DNA of 64,000 nucleotides from a virus. The stretch spans positions 1-64,000 of IMG/VR virus record IMGVR_UViG_3300010397_000043. The stretch is one strand, 5' to 3'. Below, in pieces: positions 37,740 to 46,722 of this stretch. Made by a program: the position numbers and the translations under genes. The notes below the pieces were generated by a model. That model was given only the letters and a program-made list of their open reading frames with translations. It made no database searches and had not been told where the DNA came from. Within the stretch, counting starts at the first letter, position 1, and every line of letters begins with the position of its first letter.

Positions 37740-37764
37740 GTTCTACCTTTCGTGTGGTTAAGGG

Positions 37765-38040
37765 TTAGCGCGGTATGAAGCTGAACGCTTGGCAGATTGC
37801 GTAGTTAGAATTCGGGTCGTGAATTCGGGTACACGGGACAACCGTGCCGTCGTTGAGCGTGACCTCGATGGCGTCGTACTTGACTGGCATACCAGCCATG
37901 TCGTAACCATCGAACACGCCGATGACTTCCATTTTGCCGAGTGGTGTGTCGGGCGCATCGAAACACGCGACAGTGCCACCCTCGCACTCGAAAGTGAGCG
38001 TTGGCAACAGACGTGCCTTCGGGAACGGTGTTTTGAACAT
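37765..38040 (-). CDS. Hypothetical protein (91 aa)
   Basis: MFKTPFPK start after AACCACACGAAAGG. Confidence 0.65.
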   Translation of the reverse strand: MFKTPFPKARLLPTLTFECEGGTVACFDAPDTPLGKMEVIGVFDGYDMAGMPVKYDAIEVTLNDGTVVPCTRIHDPNSNYAICQAFSFIPR

Positions 38041-38105
38041 GACTTCTACCTTTCGTGTGGTTTGCGCCCCCACGCGACCATGCGCAGGGGCACCCGTAAT
38101 GTGAA

Positions 38106-38468
38106 TTACAAGGCTTCGTTCCCCAGGGCTTGCCGACGAACGGCGAAGTCCCGCAGCGCCTGGGCGTTGCGCAGCAGCCACTCGATGAAGTCTGGGCTCT
38201 CGACCAGCAGCAACGCGAAGTCGATGTCTACGATTGGCACGACGTCACCTTCGCCGCCCGGGTGGGCCATCGATAGCCAAATGTTCTCGCTTTGGTCTTG
38301 CCAGCACTGCACCGGGACGTCATCGATTTCGGTTTCGAGGTTCAGGTTTGGTGTGCGCTCCCCCGTAGCCGCGTTCACGCGCTCGCCAGTGTCGTCGTCG
38401 ATCCAGAAGTTGTCGGGGTCGAACGGGTCAGGCGAGCCAGACCAAGTTTGCTCTGCGTTCACGTTCAC
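38106..38468 (-). CDS. Acidic hypothetical protein
   Basis: GTG start after AACCACACGAAGGAG; DPFDPDNFWIDDDTGE. Confidence 0.6.
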   Translation of the reverse strand: MNVNAEQTWSGSPDPFDPDNFWIDDDTGERVNAATGERTPNLNLETEIDDVPVQCWQDQSENIWLSMAHPGGEGDVVPIVDIDFALLLVESPDFIEWLLRNAQALRDFAVRRQALGNEAL

Positions 38469-38578
38469 TCTCCTTCGTGTGGTTGGGTCTGCTCGTACAG
38501 CTTGGCGAAGTAGTCTGCGACGGGGTCTGGCACGAGCAGGCCGATTACGAACCCGAGCAGCACGACGATGGCTTTCAT
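38465..38578 (-). CDS. Small membrane peptide (37 aa)
   Basis: MKAIVVLLGFVIGLLVPDP...; GAGGAG RBS; coupled to both neighbours. Confidence 0.5.
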   Translation of the reverse strand: MKAIVVLLGFVIGLLVPDPVADYFAKLYEQTQPHEGE

Positions 38579-39219
38579 GCACGACTCCTCTTGTGGGCGG
38601 TTTTCTTGGCCGGCGTCGGCGTGTGCAGTTGGGCACGCACAACCTCAGGCGAGCACACGAAACCCTTGCCGTCGTACCGCCGCCGAATCTTTACCGAATT
38701 CTTCGACCGGCCAGGGGCCACACCGACGACCTCATACACCTTGTCGTGCAGCACGATTTCTGCGCCGTACCACTCTGGTTCGAGCCCGATGGCCGGCGCC
38801 CACCTCTCGAAGTCGTCGCGGGCCTGCGTCGCCAGCGCGCCAGGGTCGGCCACCTTGACCTGCAACTTGAACGTGGCCTGGAGGTCATCGAACGTCGCAC
38901 CCCCGCACGAAATGGTCACCTTGTGCTTGGCCCCAACTGCGGCCAGGGCAGCGTCGATATCTGTACGAAGCTGGCGAAGAACATCGCGGTCGATTCGGTT
39001 GGTGGTCATGGTGGTAACTCCGGTTGTCAGGTCGAGTCGGTAGGTGGTGGTCGGGCGCTGCGCGTTGTTGGCCTTGCTCTTGCAGCAGGGGCCAATGTCT
39101 CGCCCGTAGGGGTGCGCGTCGCTAGGCTCTTCGTACAGCAAGTCCTGTATGCGCACCCAGCCTCTGCAAATGTGGCAGTGCTGCCACTGCACGCCGTTCT
39201 CGTCGATTACGCCGCTCAT
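38575..39219 (-). CDS. Hypothetical protein with a second in-frame start at 39009
   Basis: RBS before both ATG 39219 and ATG 39009. Confidence 0.65.
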   Translation of the reverse strand: MSGVIDENGVQWQHCHICRGWVRIQDLLYEEPSDAHPYGRDIGPCCKSKANNAQRPTTTYRLDLTTGVTTMTTNRIDRDVLRQLRTDIDAALAAVGAKHKVTISCGGATFDDLQATFKLQVKVADPGALATQARDDFERWAPAIGLEPEWYGAEIVLHDKVYEVVGVAPGRSKNSVKIRRRYDGKGFVCSPEVVRAQLHTPTPAKKTAHKRSRA

Positions 39220-39290
39220 GGTGGTTGCTCCTTAGTCGTCGTTGTCTACCCATCGGGCGACCGGGCCAAGCTCTTGGCAAAGCTTCATAT

Positions 39291-39593
39291 TCACTCTCCT
39301 TCGACAGGGCCAAGGTCGATGCCGAGCAACGACTTGTGCAGCGGGTCGCTCTTAAACTCCTCGACCGAAGCAAACGGGCCGATGTAGTCGTTCTGCACGT
39401 CCCATTCGCCACCGCCCATGTAGCAAAAGTCCACGGCGACGAACTCCCCTGGTTTCTCTTCGTCGGCGAACAAGATGCCAAACCAGTCTTTGGCCTTGCG
39501 CACTGCGAGCGCCTTATCGAGCGTAAAGTCCTCGCGAAAGCCGTAACCCTCGAACGCATCGCGCACGCCAGCCGGTATGTTCAGCTTTGCCAT
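39291..39593 (-). CDS. Hypothetical protein
   Basis: AAGGAG RBS; MAKLNIPAG... Confidence 0.65.
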   Translation of the reverse strand: MAKLNIPAGVRDAFEGYGFREDFTLDKALAVRKAKDWFGILFADEEKPGEFVAVDFCYMGGGEWDVQNDYIGPFASVEEFKSDPLHKSLLGIDLGPVEGE

Positions 39594-39808
39594 GTTCACT
39601 CTCCTTTGCAGCACTCAACCTGCGCCAAACTCAACGGGTACACCTCTGTTTCTGTACACACCCAATTTGGCGAACAGGTTTCATGCACAAGCCGGCGAGC
39701 ATAGCCCTGCCGGCGCCAGTGGTTCAGGCTCTCGACAGCCTGCGCTTTGTCTGCCCAAGTGCTAAGTCGAATCATCTTTTGCCACGACGGCATACACGTA
39801 AACGGTTT

Positions 39809-40243
39809 TCATGCTTGGCCTCGCTTCGCCTTGAGTTGGGGGGCATCGGGCATCGCGCCCGGGGTGGGGCTATGCCGCTCGAAACGCCACGCGGGGCCCG
39901 CTTGCGGGGCGTAGGTGGGGGGCAGGGGTGCCCCGCGCGCTTTGCGGGCCTTGGCAGGGCGCGCAGGGGCCTTGGCAGGGGCAGGGCGGGGGGTGTACCC
40001 CTCGCCCCCTGCGCCACGCAATACGCGCGACGCACGCGAGCGCGGCGCGCACCCTTCGAGGGCCGCAAGGTTCAGCGGGCCGGTGGGGGGTTGCACCTCG
40101 CGCTTCTGCACTTCGACCAATTCGCCTTCGACTTCTTCGACGGCCAAAGTCACGATGGTCGTGCTGGTGTGGTTGTACACAACGCAGGGCCCGCTCTGCT
40201 GTTGGGCCTTGCGCCACGACGGGGCAATTTTTCTGTTGCTCAT
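39809..40243 (-). CDS. Hypothetical protein with Pro/Ala/Lys-rich C-terminus
   Basis: AAGGAG RBS; 144 aa. Confidence 0.55.
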   Translation of the reverse strand: MSNRKIAPSWRKAQQQSGPCVVYNHTSTTIVTLAVEEVEGELVEVQKREVQPPTGPLNLAALEGCAPRSRASRVLRGAGGEGYTPRPAPAKAPARPAKARKARGAPLPPTYAPQAGPAWRFERHSPTPGAMPDAPQLKAKRGQA

Positions 40244-40256
40244 TGGTCGGTACTCC

Positions 40257-40514
40257 TTACAGGCACTGCAGCAGGTTGCGGTAAAACTCAGCGAACAAAA
40301 CCGAGGTCTTCGGCTTCGGGCCTTCGCATGCGAACACTTGCGCGTAGTCGTCGGCAGGCATCGCGACGAGTTCTGCTTCGATGGCGTCGAGTTCTCGCCC
40401 GGTAAAGCCGACCGTTACGCGCTCGAATGCGCCTTGCGCTTCGTTGCGGTCGTAATCGCACTCCACCAGCGTGTCGCCGCACAGTTGCAAAATCTTGGCG
40501 TACTTCATGTTCAT
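40257..40514 (-). CDS. Hypothetical protein
   Basis: AAGGAG RBS; 85 aa. Confidence 0.65.
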   Translation of the reverse strand: MNMKYAKILQLCGDTLVECDYDRNEAQGAFERVTVGFTGRELDAIEAELVAMPADDYAQVFACEGPKPKTSVLFAEFYRNLLQCL

Positions 40515-40525
40515 GGCGATGCTCC

Positions 40526-40855
40526 TTAGCGGCTAAAGTTCACGACGGCGACCATTTGTGCGCGCCCCTCGGGCGTGCGCCACATGGCAACGATGGCGGC
40601 GTAGTCCTCTTGGCTCAGGCCCTGGTAGCACGCGCCCGACCACGCGGGGTCCATGCGGTCAGCATCGATGCAAAGCTCTGCGATGCCTTCTTGGTCGGGC
40701 TCGGCGAGGCCGAGTGCTTCGAGGCCTTCGTACAGGTCTGGCGCAATGGCGCAGTACACGTGGTATGCCGCCTCGTACCACTTCTCGAGCAAGGTCTGTG
40801 GCCTTTCGAGCCGAACCGGCTTCTTGGCAGGCAGCTTTCGCTTGGCGATGCTCAT
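40526..40855 (-). CDS. Hypothetical protein
   Basis: AAGGAG RBS; MSIAKRKL... Confidence 0.65.
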   Translation of the reverse strand: MSIAKRKLPAKKPVRLERPQTLLEKWYEAAYHVYCAIAPDLYEGLEALGLAEPDQEGIAELCIDADRMDPAWSGACYQGLSQEDYAAIVAMWRTPEGRAQMVAVVNFSR

Positions 40856-40857
40856 GG

Positions 40858-41058
40858 TCAGGCTCCTTGCTCTTCGACGATGCGTGCGGCACCCGGGCCG
40901 TACACGTCTACGTTGCGGTCGTCCTCTGCCAGTCTGGCGTCGAGGTATGCCTGGGCTTGCGCACGGGTGTCGAAACGCCGAGCGCCGAAGCGGGGGGTCC
41001 GCCACACGCGCCGCGTGCCCGCAGCGTTGGCGTTGCGAAACTGAATTACGAACTTCAT
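40858..41058 (-). CDS. Hypothetical protein (66 aa)
   Basis: Tightly packed within the operon. Confidence 0.6.
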   Translation of the reverse strand: MKFVIQFRNANAAGTRRVWRTPRFGARRFDTRAQAQAYLDARLAEDDRNVDVYGPGAARIVEEQGA

Positions 41059-41060
41059 GG

Positions 41061-41450
41061 TCAGGCCCCTTCGCGCTTGGTGTAGGTGCCGACTGCACTC
41101 GTGGGTTCTTCGGCGGTGGCGGCAGCGGGTGCCTCAGCCGGCAAGTCGATACGCACGAACCCCGCGCGCAGCATGTCGTGCCACATGCGGCGCGCATCGG
41201 CGACAGCGAACACGCCGTTGGGTTCATCCTCACACCGCCAGTTGGTCGCGCGAATGCGCACCCATTCGGGGTGGCCCTTCACGTGCTCGAAGGTGGCCGA
41301 CACTGCCCACCACTCGCTCTGGTATTCGAGCCGCCAAGCGGGCCCGTCGTCGAGTTGCACTTCTGGCGAGTACAAGTTCACCGCCTCGCGCATCGTGTGC
41401 GCGTACTGCCGCACTAGCGCGCTGGCCTTTTGGTGGCCTTCTGTTCTCAT
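41061..41450 (-). CDS. Hypothetical protein, first gene of the leftward early operon
   Basis: CACACGAAAGGCAGG start context; MRTEGHQK... Confidence 0.65.
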   Translation of the reverse strand: MRTEGHQKASALVRQYAHTMREAVNLYSPEVQLDDGPAWRLEYQSEWWAVSATFEHVKGHPEWVRIRATNWRCEDEPNGVFAVADARRMWHDMLRAGFVRIDLPAEAPAAATAEEPTSAVGTYTKREGA

Positions 41451-41829
41451 GTTTGCCTGCCTTTCGTGTGTGCCGTGCGCACCGTGCGCGCGACACTCGA
41501 AGGGTACAACGGTTGTAATGTGACTAGCAACGCCCATGGGCGCGTGTCGATTACCAGTGGTAATTCCCGAACGCGGGTGGTAGCGTGGCCCGTGGCCCAG
41601 TGGGCTGTGCTCCGCCGTGGGCAAATTCAATTGCTCATGCGGCAGCAGCCCGGTGGGGCAGAGTAGGTGTAGGAAGTCAGGCTGCGAGAAGTCCGCCGGG
41701 AGGCTGGAGTTCTTGGCAGAGGGGCCGGCTCGCGCGTATGCGAGCGGGCAGGAGGATGCGTAAAATCCGGCCTCGGCGAAAAGCCTAGGAATGTCTTAAG
41801 AGATTTTCTGCGGCTTTGGGGCTTGGGAG

Positions 41830-42157
41830 CCACCGGCCTCAGTAGGCCTTTGGCGGGTTGGACGTAGAACGAGCACTCTCAACACACGTTCGACGCCAAC
41901 CCCGCTACTCAGCTCGTCAGGTACTGCGCTTCACAACGCAGGGTCCGCCAGTCGTTGCTTGGACGCTTCGTGGACCAACGACTCGGGACGAACCTTGTGG
42001 AGCTACCTATCACCGCTGCTGTGGACTGCCGGGGGCAACCACGCAAACCCCAAATCCACTTGCGGTGACCGGCATGCAGGCTCCACTTACCTGACGCACC
42101 CCGCCGTTGAACCCACCGGGGCTTGTCACCACAACGACCGGTCAGTCGATGCGATGG
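41830..42157 (-). ncRNA. Putative structured ncRNA / long leader RNA
   Basis: No convincing ORF; at least six nested helices; downstream of a sigma70-like promoter. Confidence 0.55.
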
Positions 42158-42162
42158 GCCGA

Positions 42163-42191
42163 ACTGTGCCACAACCCGCCGGGCTTTGCAA
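42163..42191 (-). promoter_or_regulatory. Sigma70-like promoter
   Basis: TTGCAA-17 bp-CACAGT with extended TG. Confidence 0.5.
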
Positions 42192-42334
42192 GACGTACCC
42201 GGCCCGCCCCGCAAACGGCCCGCCGGGGCCCTATCGCCATCCTATGCCCTATCGCCATCTTGAGAACCATTTCGATCCGCCCCGCCATTCCCCCGACCAG
42301 ATGTATTGAATTGGTTAGTGTGGGCAAAACCGGG

Positions 42335-42423
42335 GTGTTGAGTGGGTAGGGGTAGTGGGTATGGGGATGGGGGGCCCTTTAGGGGCCCTCCCATACCCAC
42401 ATACCCCTACCCACCTACAACAC
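42335..42423. other. Long imperfect inverted repeat, candidate replication origin
   Basis: GTGTTG..GTGGGTAGGGGTA.GTGGGTATGGG..GGGCCC arm pairs with the C-rich arm; 30 bp after the primase-helicase stop. Confidence 0.5.
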
Positions 42424-42451
42424 TACATCCCGGCGCGGAGAAATATGGAGC

Positions 42452-44554
42452 TTATGATTCGAGGGGTGGCGCATACCGGAACCGATTCGCCTTACCCCCT
42501 TCGTGCTTGAATCGTTCAATACGCAATTTGCCTTCGTCCACTGCCTGTTGCAAATGGACGCGCAAACCCATGGCGTTCGTGAGCCCAGCGTTCAAGATAT
42601 CGGGGTGGTTTTGGATCGAACCCAGCACTCCACTTGCACTCGCAATGGTCCAGTGCCCCTGTGCGTATTTTTCCAGCACCGTGCGGACCACCAGCGACTG
42701 CTGAAATTCCTGTTGCCCGGTGCCAGTCGGTGCCGCGCCGATCTCGTCACCCATCGCCAAAATGCCTGCATTAACATTCCACAACCAGCGCCCGCCATGC
42801 GACGTTGCACCGTAGTTATTCTTCTCCACAATAAGTTCCGTATTGCCGCGTTCGTCGCGCTTTAGACTCCATCGAGCCCGAGCCGAATTGTGCCATTGAG
42901 TAGAACCGCTATACCCATCCCCCGCCTTGCTATCGTGACCCAGCAAAAGCACGGCAAGGTCGTGCTCAATCGCAAGTGCCGCCAGTCCCGAAACGAACTC
43001 GTCCACCATCGCCCGGGCGTTCTCGTTCGCCATGTAAAACTTGGACAGGTTGTCGAGGCATACGTAGGAGTAATTGCCCTCCTCGATGATCTCCTTCAAG
43101 CGGTCGAACTGCACGGTAAATTCGCCGTCTCGAAAGTCCTCGCCGATGTAGAGCGCCTTTCTCGTAATGTGGGCCAGTCCCTTCACGTCGAGCCACTTGC
43201 GCAGCCGCTTGATCGAGATTCCATAGTGCTGGCATATTCCCCAAAGTCGATGCGAAACTTCGTTCAGCTCGTCTTCGGCACCGATGTAGAGCACACGCCC
43301 CCTAGTAACCGGCGCTCCAAACCAGTCGAGCCCCATCGCCACCCGGGCGCAAAACGTCAGCGTGGAGTACGTTTTACCCGCACCGCCATTGGACGAAAAC
43401 AGCACCACGGTCTTGCGGTACATCCAGTTCTTGACCAACGGTTCGGCCCCGGGCGGGCGCTCGGTCGCCTGCTCCATCATGTTCCAGTCAATGTCCTGCC
43501 ACGGCAACGCTTCAACTTCGGCGTCCTCGTCGTCAACACCCGTCGAGCGCACTTTCGACCGCTTCAAGCCCCAAGCCTTCATGGTCTTGTCGGACACCTT
43601 GCAACCGTTGTCAAGGGCCTTGTAGACCAGCGACTTCATGGTTGTCAGGTCGTCCCGGCCATGATCGTGCGAAAAGCCGGCCTCCCAACGCTTCCGGTTA
43701 TTCTCGTAGTCATACCCTTCCCGGGTCGCTGACCACTCATCGAGCACCTCCCACGCAGCCTCCGCCCCATCGAACTGCATGTGCAGCGCAGCCGCCGCGC
43801 GATACCATGTGCCCTCCCCCGGTGCGCCCCACTCGGCGGGCAGTCGCTTCAACACCGCACGGGCCTGTGCGAGCGTAAAGTTGGGCAGTCCCACCGCGTT
43901 CAACGACACGAGCCCTTCCACGGGCTTGCCCCCTGCCGTCGATGCCTTTCCACTACCGACCGAGCCCATGGCCTCGGTCAACTCGCGCTTGATGCCAAAC
44001 GGCATGCGGCGCACCTTGCCCACGTTGTCGAGCAGGTCCTTGATCGCGTTGCCCGTGAACGTGGTGTACGCCGCGCCGCAGTACACCTCTACCCGCTCGC
44101 CATTCGAGATATGGAAGTTGCGCTTTTGTCCCGGGATCAGCGCCTCGCGGTACACCGCGCGCAGGCCACGCCCCGACGGTGACCGCTCGGCGTACACGCC
44201 CGAGTCCACAATGTCGTTGGCGAATTCGCTCAGCTCGCCGTTCTCGTCGATGCAGTTGTCCAGGTCGATGATTGTAAGGTTTTGCTCGGGCAGCACGGCC
44301 AGCCCGACGCCATCAAACTTGCGCTTGCGGGCGTAGGCCAGCGCGGCGTCAAAGGGGGCAAGCTGTTCAACATCCTTTTCCGACCCCAGCACGCCGTACC
44401 GCTTTCGCCCGTTGACGTAGTACGGCACCTTGAGTTGCTTTTTGGCGGGGTCGGGATTGTCCTCGTAGCGCCACACGACCCAGTGATCGAGTTCGCGCAG
44501 CAGTGCAGGGATGTTCTCTTCGTTAACCTGGGTAGTGGCGGTTTGCTTCGACAT
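42452..44554 (-). CDS. Primase-helicase fusion (AEP primase, PriCT-like domain, AAA_25/RepA-type helicase)
   Basis: WVVWR..KVPY, IDLDNC, AERSPSGRGL, EVY; Walker A SNGGAGKT, LLLGHDSK, YSGSTQW...AR, VEKNNYG. Confidence 0.88.
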   Translation of the reverse strand: MSKQTATTQVNEENIPALLRELDHWVVWRYEDNPDPAKKQLKVPYYVNGRKRYGVLGSEKDVEQLAPFDAALAYARKRKFDGVGLAVLPEQNLTIIDLDNCIDENGELSEFANDIVDSGVYAERSPSGRGLRAVYREALIPGQKRNFHISNGERVEVYCGAAYTTFTGNAIKDLLDNVGKVRRMPFGIKRELTEAMGSVGSGKASTAGGKPVEGLVSLNAVGLPNFTLAQARAVLKRLPAEWGAPGEGTWYRAAAALHMQFDGAEAAWEVLDEWSATREGYDYENNRKRWEAGFSHDHGRDDLTTMKSLVYKALDNGCKVSDKTMKAWGLKRSKVRSTGVDDEDAEVEALPWQDIDWNMMEQATERPPGAEPLVKNWMYRKTVVLFSSNGGAGKTYSTLTFCARVAMGLDWFGAPVTRGRVLYIGAEDELNEVSHRLWGICQHYGISIKRLRKWLDVKGLAHITRKALYIGEDFRDGEFTVQFDRLKEIIEEGNYSYVCLDNLSKFYMANENARAMVDEFVSGLAALAIEHDLAVLLLGHDSKAGDGYSGSTQWHNSARARWSLKRDERGNTELIVEKNNYGATSHGGRWLWNVNAGILAMGDEIGAAPTGTGQQEFQQSLVVRTVLEKYAQGHWTIASASGVLGSIQNHPDILNAGLTNAMGLRVHLQQAVDEGKLRIERFKHEGGKANRFRYAPPLES

Positions 44555-44664
44555 AGTAGAACCTGATGAATTACCGGTGGTAATGGGGGCGGGTTTGTTA
44601 CTTGCTAGTCCGGGCCCGGCGGCGTACCATGGGCGCATCGCTTCGTTGCCTGCCTAGCGACTTC

Positions 44665-44700
44665 GCCCCCAGTGCCTAACCGCACCGGGGGCTTTTCTTT
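44665..44700 (+). terminator. Terminator-like hairpin upstream of the primase gene
   Basis: GCCCCCAGTGC/GCACCGGGGGC stem followed by TTTTCTTT. Confidence 0.5.
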
Positions 44701-44735
44701 GCCCGCAGTGGAACACTCCACCGAGGGGGACGCAA

Positions 44736-44890
44736 ATGCTAAGGGCGTGCAAGCCCTGGGCGCAAGTCGTTTCCGCGGGCCCCCGTAGGGGGCCCGAAAT
44801 CCCCCCGCACGCACCCATGCGTACACGCGCGCCTGCCTGGATTAGCAGGGTCGGCTCGACTTGCAGTCCGGTTACAGCCTTTGTTAAAGT
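44736..44890. promoter_or_regulatory. Divergent sigma70-like promoters (primase leftward, paralog array rightward)
   Basis: Minus: TTGCGC-18-TAGCAT (44765-44736). Plus: TTGCAG-18-TAAAGT with extended TG (44861-44890). Confidence 0.45.
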
Positions 44891-44931
44891 AGGGGCACCC
44901 ACCACCCCCGACTTGTAACTGGAGGCACCCC

Positions 44932-45327
44932 ATGGATATCGAGCGGCTTCAAGAACTGCGGCGCGTCATCGTCGAAACGCCCGACGAGCGTGTTGACCTC
45001 AATGGCTGGGCGCGGTCGTGCGGCACCATCGCCTGCGTGCTCGGCTGGGCCTGCAAACACCCGCCGTTCGTGGCCGAGGGACTGCACCTGTTCGAGGACG
45101 AGGGCGCGTACACGCCTTGCTTCGGCAATTTCATCAACTACGAAGCGGGCGGGGAGTTCTTCCGCCTGTCGTACCCCGACGCCGAATTCCTGTTTGGGCC
45201 GCGTTCGTGGGGCGACGCCACGGGCCGCGCCGACATCACCGACAAGCAATTGGCCCTGCAGCGCATCGATGAACTGCTGGGCACGCGCCGCAGCCCGTAC
45301 ACCGATTGCTTTCCCTGCGACGACTGA
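44932..45327 (+). CDS. CGTIAC-motif paralog 1
   Basis: MDIERL..., CGTIACVLGWAC, AGGEFF, KQLALQRIDELL; most divergent copy. Confidence 0.85.
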   Translation: MDIERLQELRRVIVETPDERVDLNGWARSCGTIACVLGWACKHPPFVAEGLHLFEDEGAYTPCFGNFINYEAGGEFFRLSYPDAEFLFGPRSWGDATGRADITDKQLALQRIDELLGTRRSPYTDCFPCDD

Positions 45328-45367
45328 ACCCCATTACCACTGGTAATTCACAATCTGGAGCACAACC

Positions 45368-45802
45368 ATGCACCTCGACCGACTCAAGACCCTGCGCGAC
45401 CTGATGGCGGCGACGCCCGACGACAAGATCGACATGAACTACTGGCGGCGCGAACCCGGCGCCATCTTCGACCCCAACACTCTCAATGCACCCACGTGCG
45501 GCACCGTGGCCTGCATGCTGGGCTGGGCGTGCATGAACCCTGAGTTCCAGACCTTGGGCCTGCACTTTGAGCACGACAGCGTTTCGTTGTACCCGGAGTA
45601 CAACGGCAGGTCTTCTGCCGGGGCCGGTGCTGAGTTCTTCGATCTAGAACCCAAGATCAGTCGTCTGCTGTTCGACGCGGCTTCTCGTCAGGAACTGGCG
45701 GAGCGCGGCTCGCACAAGGCTGTCGCACTGGCCCGGCTCGACGAACTGCTCGAAACGGGCACGCTCCACGACCCCGACTACTACGATCCCAGTGGCGACT
45801 GA
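45368..45802 (+). CDS. CGTIAC-motif paralog 2
   Basis: CGTVACMLGWAC; same conserved blocks. Confidence 0.85.
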   Translation: MHLDRLKTLRDLMAATPDDKIDMNYWRREPGAIFDPNTLNAPTCGTVACMLGWACMNPEFQTLGLHFEHDSVSLYPEYNGRSSAGAGAEFFDLEPKISRLLFDAASRQELAERGSHKAVALARLDELLETGTLHDPDYYDPSGD

Positions 45803-45847
45803 ACCCCATTACCACTGGTAATCGCACTCCTAAACCACGAGGCACCC

Positions 45848-46285
45848 ATGAACATCGAACGACTCAAGACCCTGCGCGACGTGCTGGCCGCGACGCCCGA
45901 CAAGATGGTCAACCTGGACGGCTGGCGATACGACGAAGGGGAAATCTTTTGCGCAACTGGCGACCCCTCCAAGCCCGCGTGCGGCACCATCGCCTGCGTG
46001 CTCGGCTGGGCCTGCATGGTGCCTGAATTTCAGGCAGCAGGACTCAAGCTGATCATCCACGACGGCGAGTTCATCCCGACGTACCAGAAGTACTACCTTC
46101 GCTTTCGTGCCGGCGAGGAGTTCTTTGAACTGGAGACTGACACCGCACGCAAGCTGTTCCGCGCCTCGGCGACGTGCGTCGAGCCAAAGCTCCACAAGCA
46201 GATCGCTCTGGCCCGGCTCGACTGGCTGATCGAGCACGGCGATTTCGACGGGTACAACGAACTCAACCTGGAGCTGCAATCATGA
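45848..46285 (+). CDS. CGTIAC-motif paralog 3
   Basis: MNIERLKTLRDV, CGTIACVLGWAC. Confidence 0.85.
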   Translation: MNIERLKTLRDVLAATPDKMVNLDGWRYDEGEIFCATGDPSKPACGTIACVLGWACMVPEFQAAGLKLIIHDGEFIPTYQKYYLRFRAGEEFFELETDTARKLFRASATCVEPKLHKQIALARLDWLIEHGDFDGYNELNLELQS

Positions 46286-46719
46286 ACATCGAACGACTGC
46301 AAACCCTGCGCGACGTGATCGCAGCCACACCCGACGAAGCCGTGGAGCTCGACCGCTGGCAGCGAGAAAGCCCTATGTGCGGCACCATCGCCTGCGTTCT
46401 CGGCTGGGCCTGCGCGGTGCCCGAGTTCAAGGCCGAGGGCCTGCACTTGGCCCCCACCAGCACCTTTGACAAAGCGCCGTGGTACGACGGGGCGTGCGAG
46501 TACCTCGCGGGCGCCAAGTTCTTCGACATGGAGTACTACGACGCGAGGAAGCTGTTCTCGTACCGTGGCGTGCTGTGGGACGATGACGGCGAGGGGTACG
46601 GGCATGCCGACGACCGAACGGACAAGCAAGTCGCGCTTGACCGGCTTGACCACATGCTCAAGCACGGCACCATGGCCGGGTGGGATCAAGATTCTGAATG
46701 CTACGTGCCCCAGGAGTAA
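46282..46719 (+). CDS. CGTIAC-motif paralog 4
   Basis: ATGA overlap; MNIERLQTLRDV. Confidence 0.85.
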   Translation: MNIERLQTLRDVIAATPDEAVELDRWQRESPMCGTIACVLGWACAVPEFKAEGLHLAPTSTFDKAPWYDGACEYLAGAKFFDMEYYDARKLFSYRGVLWDDDGEGYGHADDRTDKQVALDRLDHMLKHGTMAGWDQDSECYVPQE

Positions 46720-46722
46720 ACC

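Noticed and set aside
37789-39387. 532-aa plus-strand ORF, and 46093..47343 on the minus strand
   Set aside because: Both span several RBS-bearing genes on the opposite strand; treated as shadows.
39596-39812. Possible frameshifted or TAG-readthrough gene (MKTVYVYAVVAK then MIRLSTWADK)
   Set aside because: Single ambiguous case; other genes use TAG as a normal stop, so recoding is unsupported.
41851-42180. tmRNA call from GGCGGGTTG...CAACCCGCCA end pairing
   Set aside because: No T-arm or tag ORF; the upstream pairing strand lies in the predicted promoter spacer, and a local hairpin explains the other strand.
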